From: Methanobacteriota archaeon
Lineage (GTDB): Archaea > Thermoplasmatota > Poseidoniia > Poseidoniales > Thalassarchaeaceae
Length of the DNA: 64,000 nt
Assembly (NCBI GenBank): GCA_018650285.1
Contig: JABIGF010000023.1
Location: 12,091-76,090 of the forward strand
Direction of reading: 5' to 3'
Part shown: piece after piece, positions 36,419-43,308 of the stretch
How positions within the stretch are numbered: position 1 is the stretch's first letter
Layout of the letters: each line of letters opens with the position of its first letter
Program-made: the position numbers and the translations under genes
The notes under the pieces: model-generated
The model's input: only the letters and a program-made list of their open reading frames with translations
The model's database searches: none
Told to the model about the DNA's origin: nothing

Positions 36419-36505
36419 TAAGTTCTCAATTTATCGCTTCAAATACCCTCTGTATTCCCTTAAGACAGGCATTCCACGCGACGGTACCCAACCATGAGTT
36501 TCTCA

Positions 36506-36534
36506 CGCAAGGGTGTACAAAGGGTTGCAGCAAG
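36506..36534 (-). promoter_or_regulatory. Internal copy of the CTTG-N17-CCCTTGCG module upstream of the endonuclease gene
   Basis: In gene orientation it reads CTTGCTGCAACCCTTTGTACACCCTTGCG. The modules inside both IR arms share its end motifs, and the inner (B) modules also share its N17 spacing. Confidence 0.4.
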
Positions 36535-36636
36535 TTGGGTTTAGACACACAAGCGCCTAGACGTTTGGACAGAGTCCGGACTGGAAAATCTGAACATAAC
36601 GATTGAATAACTACTTTCTACACGATGGCGAGGATG

Positions 36637-37020
36637 CTAATCCTTCTTATTCTGTTTACTTTTTTTAATATTTGAAACTATCTTTTCTATATTGTGGCCT
36701 ATGATAAATGTTAGAATCCCGATGGGAATTATAATACCATACCCTATTCCAAGCAAAAATGATGCTGCACCGCCTCGGTATGGGTTGAGAGGAATCCACC
36801 AATATACAACATCACACCATAACCCATCTTCCAAACACGGCTTTGCGGCTCCCACAAGGAGTGTAAATGCCCACCAAAGGAAGACTGAAACTCCTGAAAT
36901 TGACGCTATTGCCATGGATTTCTCTTTTATCTGATCTTCATTTTTTACTATCCAGTCATCAAGTCTGTCCCATAATCCCATATTTTCCATCTCCAATGTT
37001 CTTTTATTTATCCTTTTCAC
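36637..37020 (-). CDS. Small membrane protein (127 aa), unknown function
   Basis: Two or three TM helices (MAIASISGVSVFLWWAFTLLVGAA; ASFLLGIGYGIIIPIGILTFIIG) and a Lys-rich C-terminus. It overlaps the upstream small ORF by 17 nt. Confidence 0.5.
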   Translation of the reverse strand: MKRINKRTLEMENMGLWDRLDDWIVKNEDQIKEKSMAIASISGVSVFLWWAFTLLVGAAKPCLEDGLWCDVVYWWIPLNPYRGGAASFLLGIGYGIIIPIGILTFIIGHNIEKIVSNIKKSKQNKKD

Positions 37021-37240
37021 GGAAAATCATACTAAGAATTATCAATATAGTACCACCAATGAATAACCAACTGCTATATTCTTGGAATGGTTTTTCGCAG
37101 AATGCACTAAATCCGCCAATCTCTACTGCACATTTTTCATATAGTTCTGCAAAAAAACCTCCCATAATCAGTAAAAAACCAATTATTAAACCATTCTCCA
37201 ATGTAAACCTTCCAAGTGTCGGGAAGGTGTTAGCATTCAT
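37004..37240 (-). CDS. Small membrane protein (78 aa), unknown function
   Basis: Two TM helices (GLIIGFLLIMGGFFA; WLFIGGTILIILSMIF). It is the first gene of the two-gene unit reading inward from IR-R. Confidence 0.45.
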   Translation of the reverse strand: MNANTFPTLGRFTLENGLIIGFLLIMGGFFAELYEKCAVEIGGFSAFCEKPFQEYSSWLFIGGTILIILSMIFREKDK

Positions 37241-37344
37241 ATATAATGATTGTTAAAGCAATCCCAATTCCTCCCATGCCCGGTCATCTCATGGAGTGGA
37301 CTCGGTCTTGCGTCTACTCTCTGACTTGGCCCAGTGTCTGGAAG

Positions 37345-37528
37345 CACAAGGGTCTGAACAGAATGCCTTCAAGTCTTGAACCAAAATTCACACCGTCTCT
37401 CATGTGTTGATACAGACAACCGACATATCATTTCCATGAAATCGCAAGGGTTCTCTCAAACCCCTCAAGAGATTATGGAGGAGTACAGTGGGCTTTCAAT
37501 CGGCCAGTACACTGCCTACCCATTCAAC
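37345..37528 (-). repeat. Right inverted-repeat arm (IR-R)
   Basis: Reverse complement of the IR-L sequence; see IR-L. Confidence 0.85.
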
Positions 37529-37665
37529 TGTCTAATGAGGTAAAGAATTGGCACCAATTGTTCTTCATCTCTTGCCTCTTCGGTTCTTGTCTTTGTCTCC
37601 GTCGATAATTTGTTTCTTTATTTCGTTTATTTTTTCCTCTACCGCTACCCCTATACGGCCGGCCT

Positions 37666-38256
37666 TCAAAGCGATAACAATACCCACCAATATGAATATC
37701 CCAGGACTAATTTAGGACCAAATACTTCGAATATCATTCTGTATGTTAAACCAGGATAAACGTCTATTTCAGACGGGTCATCAGGGTTGTATGCAACCGA
37801 TTCCAAGTTTAGGTAATATTCGCTATCATGCAAGCATTGGGTTTCCCACGGATCCACATTTCCAGAACCTCCCTGTGTTTGTTCCGACGCTCCATGCACA
37901 TTGAAGTCACAACTGAAGGTAGAATTGTACTCAACGCCATCAACAGAATAATTGTAGAAGAATATTTGTTCGCCCTCATCCGCAGTATAATCTTGGCCGA
38001 TTGCTAGAACCTCGGTTTCGGTCCAATCCTTTGAGTCCCATTCGTCTATGACATAAAATCCACCAAAAAGGGCAACAGCGCCGATTGACAATATAATGAC
38101 AAACAAACCAATCATGACGAAAATTATTGGTGGCACATTCCCAACAGCAGGTTTTGGTTCAGTTTCTGAGCCATTACCACTAATCATGATACAACCCGCG
38201 GGCCCATCCATTATTATCTCTCCATTAAATCCCATAAGTTGGGTAATGTTTTTCAT
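37666..38256 (-). CDS. Hypothetical membrane protein (TM - beta-rich ectodomain - C-terminal hydrophobic segment; possibly DUF3592-like)
   Basis: The TM PPIIFVMIGLFVIILSIGAVALFGGFYVI is followed by W.ETEV....Y....G...FFYNYSVDGVEYNS, which recalls DUF3592. This is a weak call. Confidence 0.45.
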   Translation of the reverse strand: MKNITQLMGFNGEIIMDGPAGCIMISGNGSETEPKPAVGNVPPIIFVMIGLFVIILSIGAVALFGGFYVIDEWDSKDWTETEVLAIGQDYTADEGEQIFFYNYSVDGVEYNSTFSCDFNVHGASEQTQGGSGNVDPWETQCLHDSEYYLNLESVAYNPDDPSEIDVYPGLTYRMIFEVFGPKLVLGYSYWWVLLSL

Positions 38257-38277
38257 TAACCATTTAATGTACAGTAC

Positions 38278-40164
38278 ATGCGAAACAAGTCGATACCGAG
38301 TCTTTTCTCAATCGCCTTGCTTCTTGCTGTTCTTATTGCTCCTGTAGCAAGCACCGAAAGTAGTGAAGGGACAACACCTGAATTGATGGCTCGCATCATG
38401 ATGTTCCCTCCCGATGCCGAGGTTACTGGCATGCACATCAACGCTAATGGCCATTTTTTTGTGAATGCGATGCACCCTGATACTGACAACTACAGAGCAA
38501 CAATTGGAGTCGTCAATGGAATCGATTGGAACCATCTTCCGAGTTCTATTCCAGAATTAGCATCAACCAGTAAAGCATCAGATACCTGGAATGGGGTTCG
38601 AACTTCTTACGGGAATTATCAGGTTCTCCTGCAAAGTGGCGATGTATTCTCTGAAGGTGGGGTTGCCGGGGGAATCTATGCCGCTGCCGATGGACATCGA
38701 ATGTTCACCAGCGAAAGACCGGACTACAATGCCTTCGTACCTTTGAATGGAGACGCCAGTTGGGGATACCTCTACACCGCTTGGGAAGGGCGGCCTGCAG
38801 GGGTTAGCCAATTAGAGATCGAATGGAATTCAACAACTGCAGAATGGGAGGTGTTGGGTGGCATGATGCTGGACCTCAACGGTGTCAACGGTGGTTGGGT
38901 TTTCTGCTTCGGCAGTATGAGCCCTTGGGAGACACCCCTACTTTCCGAAGAACTCTATTTCTCCGATACTCAAGACTGGAATAATGAGAATTACAATTAT
39001 CACTCTGACCAAGCGAGTTTAGCGGATTATCTCGGCTATTACCCGAACCCTTACGACTATGGTTACATTGTGGAAATTGAGAATTCAACCACCGCCGAAC
39101 CGGACTTAAACAAGCATTTCTCAATGGGCCGATTCTCGCATGAAAATGCACAGGTGATGCCTGATGAAAGAACCGTTTACCTCTCCGATGATGGTTATGA
39201 CACGGTATTATTCAAGTTCGTAGCTGACACTGCAAGGGACCTCAGTTCGGGAACTCTCTATGCTGCCAAAGTCAGTCAAGACGATAGTAGCGATTCAGCC
39301 ACCACCGGATTTGATGTGGAATGGATTGAAATGGCCTCATCATCAAATTCGGATATTCAATTATGGATTGATGAATACGATGACATCACTACCGAGGATT
39401 TCATTGCCGGGCAGAATTCCTACATTACTGATGAAGAAATCAGAGATTGGGCGGAAGGGCGCCTGAACGAGGACTTGAATGATGATGGTTTAATTGGTTC
39501 TGCGGCTGATGACAGAGTCGCCTTCCTAGAATCTCGTAAGGCGGCAGCGGCGCTTGGCGCTAGCGATGAATGGAACAAGATGGAAGGGATTGCATTCAAT
39601 CCAAACTCACCTAGCCACCTCTATCTAGCGATGTCTGATGTTGGTTACGATATGAGTGATGGACAGGGCGACATTGATGTCACGCAGAACCGTTGTGGAA
39701 TCGTCTACCGCATGACTTTAGATGATGAATGGAATGTGACCCGGATTGAACCTGTGGTATCTGGTGGCCCTTACACATCTTCAGCCACATACGAATGTGA
39801 TATAGACAACCTCGCTGGTCCGGACAACCTTGTTGTTTTGGACGATGGACGACTTCTGATCGGCGAAGACACGAATAAGCATGAAAGCAATATGGTCTGG
39901 CTTTGGGGACATATTCCCGATACTGAACCCGAGCCTGAAATTGATAGTGATGCAGACGGTGTGGTTGACTCTCAAGACAATTGCACCGATACACCACAAG
40001 GTGAGACGGTTGATGTGGAAGGTTGCTCTGATGCACAGTTGTCTGGAACCGTTGAAGGTGAAGATGTAGAGAATAGAGAGACAACAAGCATCCCTGGCTT
40101 CGGGATTTTCATCAGCATTACTGCAGCATTAGGTGCTGCTATTATTGCAATACGCCATGATTGA
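38278..40164 (+). CDS. phoX: PhoX-like (DUF839) secreted phosphatase with a thrombospondin-3-like module and a PGF-CTERM archaeal sorting signal
   Basis: Signal peptide MRNKSIPSLFSIALLLAVLIAPVAS. DUF839-like blocks MGRFSHENAQVMPDERTVYLSDDGYDTVLFKFVAD and GPDNLVVLDDGRLLIGEDT. Then DSDADGVVDSQDNC and the terminal IPGFGIFISITAALGAAIIAIRHD. Confidence 0.6.
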   Translation: MRNKSIPSLFSIALLLAVLIAPVASTESSEGTTPELMARIMMFPPDAEVTGMHINANGHFFVNAMHPDTDNYRATIGVVNGIDWNHLPSSIPELASTSKASDTWNGVRTSYGNYQVLLQSGDVFSEGGVAGGIYAAADGHRMFTSERPDYNAFVPLNGDASWGYLYTAWEGRPAGVSQLEIEWNSTTAEWEVLGGMMLDLNGVNGGWVFCFGSMSPWETPLLSEELYFSDTQDWNNENYNYHSDQASLADYLGYYPNPYDYGYIVEIENSTTAEPDLNKHFSMGRFSHENAQVMPDERTVYLSDDGYDTVLFKFVADTARDLSSGTLYAAKVSQDDSSDSATTGFDVEWIEMASSSNSDIQLWIDEYDDITTEDFIAGQNSYITDEEIRDWAEGRLNEDLNDDGLIGSAADDRVAFLESRKAAAALGASDEWNKMEGIAFNPNSPSHLYLAMSDVGYDMSDGQGDIDVTQNRCGIVYRMTLDDEWNVTRIEPVVSGGPYTSSATYECDIDNLAGPDNLVVLDDGRLLIGEDTNKHESNMVWLWGHIPDTEPEPEIDSDADGVVDSQDNCTDTPQGETVDVEGCSDAQLSGTVEGEDVENRETTSIPGFGIFISITAALGAAIIAIRHD

Positions 40165-40196
40165 ATTCAATTATTTTGTTCCTTCTTCAAATACAA

Positions 40197-40739
40197 TCAT
40201 ATCCACTTGACTGAACAACCAATAGAATCTGTCTGCGGGTTTTGAACACTTTCTCCAACTAAGTATTGACCTAGTGCATCCATCATATCAGATGTTGTAG
40301 CCATTTGAGGATTCTTTGGAGAGTCATCATACCTACCTCGATAGACCAAGGTACCACTTCCATCAAGTAAGTAGAACTCTGGTGTGCGCTCTGCCCCCCA
40401 CGCCGCAGAAACTGACTGGTCAGTATCAATGAGGAAAGGGTATGGGACTCCTTTTTCACAGGCCTCACTAGTTCGCTGTGCTGAATCTGAAGCGTAGTTT
40501 GGATTTGCCGCATTAGAATTGATTGCCACAAACCCTAGTCCGTTTTCACCAGCATATTGTGCAAGACCCTCTATTCTTCCAATGTTACCCACTACATACG
40601 GACAATGTAAACAAGAGAACACGATTATTGCTCCCCTCCCATCCATCACATCACCTAGGCTCATCTCTAGAGAACCTTCACTTGGGTGTGCGTTTGGAAG
40701 TGTGAAATCTGGTGCGCTATCTCCAACATTGAATGCCAT
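40197..40739 (-). CDS. Thioredoxin-fold (AhpC/TSA-redoxin-like) thiol-disulfide oxidoreductase
   Basis: VGDSAPDFTLP N-terminus, CxxC motif FSCLHCPYV, and C-terminal RGRYDDS ... GCSVKW, typical of this redoxin subfamily. Confidence 0.75.
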   Translation of the reverse strand: MAFNVGDSAPDFTLPNAHPSEGSLEMSLGDVMDGRGAIIVFSCLHCPYVVGNIGRIEGLAQYAGENGLGFVAINSNAANPNYASDSAQRTSEACEKGVPYPFLIDTDQSVSAAWGAERTPEFYLLDGSGTLVYRGRYDDSPKNPQMATTSDMMDALGQYLVGESVQNPQTDSIGCSVKWI

Positions 40740-40784
40740 GAGTTGGCCAATGCAGGGTATTGCATCAACTCTTCGTTTACTTTC

Positions 40785-43082
40785 TCAAGCATTTTTCGCC
40801 AACGATATTCTCACATCGTCAAGCCGAGCGCGTGCTAATTTGTTATCTGGATCAGCATCCAACACCTTTCGCCATGCTACCTCTGCATCTTGAAGGTCTT
40901 CTCTTTCATGGTGAATTGCAGCAACTCGCAGTAATGCATCAACATGCTTTGAAGAAAGTTTTGCTGTCATCTTGAAATCAGCAAGAGCGCTATCTGCTTC
41001 ACCCATTTCTAAGTAAAGCATTGCTCTTTGGTAATACCCTTCAGGATATTCTTGATTGAGGTTTAGTGCGTTGTTCAGTGGTTGGAATGCTTCGTCTGCC
41101 CTTCCCTGTGCAAGTAGGCAGGCACCCAACCTAGTAAGGGCCACTTCGTTCTCCGGTTGTTCTTGAAGAACAGAACGTATTTCTCTCTCTGCTTCATCAA
41201 AGATGCCGTGCTGAATTAGTGCTTCGCCGCGCCTTAACTTTGCTAGAAGTAATGTTGGATAAGTCATTAGAAGCCAATCACAGTCATCTAATGCAGTTTG
41301 TACGTCTTCTGCTAACAAATGTAATGTGATGCGATTTAGACGTGCTCTAACATGATGCGGGTTAGTCATCAACACCTCGTTAAACCTGTCAAGCGCTTCT
41401 GAAAGATGTCCTCTCTTAGCTGCTACCAAACCTTTGACATAAGGGATTATAAGAGATTTTGAATCTTTAATATCAGCCTCGTCTATTAGTCGTGCAGCAT
41501 CATCAATTCTACCCTCATCAAGAGCGATGAGGCTCTCTTCAGCAGCAATCATTGCGTCGTCCATCAAACGACGCGCACGGTTGAGTGAAATCGTTGCTTC
41601 ATCAATATCGCCAACAAGCCTCTGACATCGACCTAAGCAAAGCCAAGCAAGACCGCACTCACGGTCTGCTTCCAATGCCTCTCTGAATGATGATTCGGCT
41701 GCCGCTAAAATGTCAGTATCGGAATGACCGGCATCACGGTTTGCATCATAATCAGCAAGAAGAAGGCGTCCTTTCTGAATATGTAATTCGGGACCGTTCC
41801 AGTTCGGTGCATTTTCAATCACTGCCCATGCTTCATTGTGTCGCCCAAGGAAAGTATGCATCTGTGAAAGTTCTGATTGAATAACCGAATTATTGGGGTC
41901 CTTCTCAACAACTGATTCAAGCCACTCAAAAGCATCATTATTTCGACCGCTGCGCTCAAGTAATTCTGCTTTCAATAGAATCATTTCTGTTCCACCTGCA
42001 TCTAATGCACAAGCATGAACTGATGCCTTCAATGCGTCTGCAAGCCGTTTTGGTTCACCAGTCAAGAGATAGGCTAGAAGTGCCCAAGCCTCACCATTTT
42101 GACGACCACCTGGTAATTCCAAGCCAGATTCTACAGCATCAATAGCAAGTAATGGTTCATTGCGACGGCGATGAATTCGTGCTTTCAACAAATATTGTTC
42201 AACAGTTGGATTCTGCTCAATTGCCGCCTCAACAGCAGCTAAGGAATGGTCGGATGAATCGCCTTGAAGGCGTTCCTTTAGACCTGATACAAAACTGTGA
42301 TCGGCGGGTGTTGCCTTACCAAGTGCCTCTAACCGCTGAACATTTCGTTCTGCTGTTTCTGGACGCAATACCGAAAGCCGGCGCAACAAATCAACATCAT
42401 CTGGAAGTTGAGATAGTTGCTCGCCAACCCAATGTGCTTCCTCATCAATATCTGCCGAATCTTTTGCCAACGAAGCTAAACATCGCATTGAAACAAGATT
42501 TCCAAGAGCCAAGTTGCTCGCTACTTCTTTGTAACAAGCACGAGACCATCCATCTTCACCCAACTCGTGAGCGATCTCACCTAAGCGACGCGCCTCTAGT
42601 GCCGATAGTGCAAGATTTTTTGGTCCATGAATATCTAATTCTCCAAACAATACAAACAAACGATTTGCTAATGCAAGAACGCCCGCATCGGGCTTTGTTT
42701 CTGCAGTTGTAAAATCTCCGTCTGTTGGATGTGTCGCTAACATTCCACGAATTGCGACCAATAATTGTTCGGCAGCATCTCTAATTGTTGGAGCACCAAA
42801 ATCAGATTTCAATGATGCTTCCAAACTGCTGATTGAATTATGTGCTGAAATAAGACCTTTCAGTTTTGGTTGAGTATGAATCAATGCTGCGCAATCATCA
42901 GACAATCGGCCTACTTCATCAATTAACAGCGTCATCTGAGATGATTGGCTGGCTCTCTCCCCAGCAGCCTCTTTGCTATATCTGCGGAAGTGTCCATCAA
43001 CTTGGATCATCCAGAAGATTATTCCTCCACCAAGTAGTGTTCCAAACAGGGTCAACCCAATTTCAAGTGGTGTCATGAACAT
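40785..43082 (-). CDS. Membrane-anchored tetratricopeptide-repeat (TPR) protein, 765 aa
   Basis: N-terminal TM IGLTLFGTLLGGGIIFWMI. TPR-like A..-..A-...-P periodicity runs throughout (e.g. EAWALLAYLL, GLAWLCLGRC, YYQRAMLYLEMGEADSALADF). Confidence 0.7.
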   Translation of the reverse strand: MFMTPLEIGLTLFGTLLGGGIIFWMIQVDGHFRRYSKEAAGERASQSSQMTLLIDEVGRLSDDCAALIHTQPKLKGLISAHNSISSLEASLKSDFGAPTIRDAAEQLLVAIRGMLATHPTDGDFTTAETKPDAGVLALANRLFVLFGELDIHGPKNLALSALEARRLGEIAHELGEDGWSRACYKEVASNLALGNLVSMRCLASLAKDSADIDEEAHWVGEQLSQLPDDVDLLRRLSVLRPETAERNVQRLEALGKATPADHSFVSGLKERLQGDSSDHSLAAVEAAIEQNPTVEQYLLKARIHRRRNEPLLAIDAVESGLELPGGRQNGEAWALLAYLLTGEPKRLADALKASVHACALDAGGTEMILLKAELLERSGRNNDAFEWLESVVEKDPNNSVIQSELSQMHTFLGRHNEAWAVIENAPNWNGPELHIQKGRLLLADYDANRDAGHSDTDILAAAESSFREALEADRECGLAWLCLGRCQRLVGDIDEATISLNRARRLMDDAMIAAEESLIALDEGRIDDAARLIDEADIKDSKSLIIPYVKGLVAAKRGHLSEALDRFNEVLMTNPHHVRARLNRITLHLLAEDVQTALDDCDWLLMTYPTLLLAKLRRGEALIQHGIFDEAEREIRSVLQEQPENEVALTRLGACLLAQGRADEAFQPLNNALNLNQEYPEGYYQRAMLYLEMGEADSALADFKMTAKLSSKHVDALLRVAAIHHEREDLQDAEVAWRKVLDADPDNKLARARLDDVRISLAKNA

Positions 43083-43119
43083 CCGAGCCTACTTACTGCC
43101 TACTTGATGTTGACCCTCA

Positions 43120-43136
43120 CTCTCCCGTAGGGAGAG
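43120..43136. promoter_or_regulatory. Hairpin CTCTCCC-GTA-GGGAGAG in the divergent intergenic region (5' side of the TPR gene)
   Basis: A perfect 7-bp stem with a 3-nt loop, preceded by a TTGACCC half-site at 43110-43116. Confidence 0.25.
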
Positions 43137-43242
43137 CGTTTTTGACACCTCTGAGAAAACACCGGCGCCAAAACATAATTGCGTATTATTATTCAAAAAA
43201 TACAGCAATTTTTTGAAAAGAATTTAGTTAATATTGAAATTT

Positions 43243-43260
43243 TTGACCCTTAGGGGTCAA
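43243..43260. promoter_or_regulatory. Perfect palindrome TTGACCC-TTAG-GGGTCAA immediately downstream of an AT-rich TATA-like stretch
   Basis: TTTAGTTAATATTGAAATTTTTGACCCTTAGGGGTCAAGG lies about 50-65 nt upstream of the 845-aa gene start. The 12656-12669 site shares its GACCC core and spacing, and its TTGACCC half-site in gene orientation. Confidence 0.4.
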
Positions 43261-43308
43261 GGCAACATTTGACAACCGACGGCGCCCTCGCTAAGTTGGT
43301 GATGTGGC

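Larger units (their letters stand above)
33212..37528. mobile_element. Putative mobile or invertible cassette bounded by ~184-nt imperfect inverted repeats; carries a serine recombinase, a type II R-M pair and two small membrane proteins
   Basis: 33212-33395 aligns without gaps to the reverse complement of 37345-37528. No DDE transposase is present and I saw no target-site duplication. Both flanks are ordinary chromosomal genes. Confidence 0.6.

Noticed and set aside
36190-36606. 138-aa plus-strand ORF spanning the 5' end of the endonuclease gene and the intergenic region
   Set aside because: It is antisense to the endonuclease gene for half its length, and the rest covers the regulatory module region. 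It has no features of a real protein.
43120-43145. Hairpin CTCTCCC-GTA-GGGAGAG followed by CGTTTTT, which looks like a bacterial intrinsic terminator
   Set aside because: No gene ends here, because it lies in a divergent promoter region, and archaeal termination does not require hairpins. It is kept only as a low-confidence regulatory or leader element.
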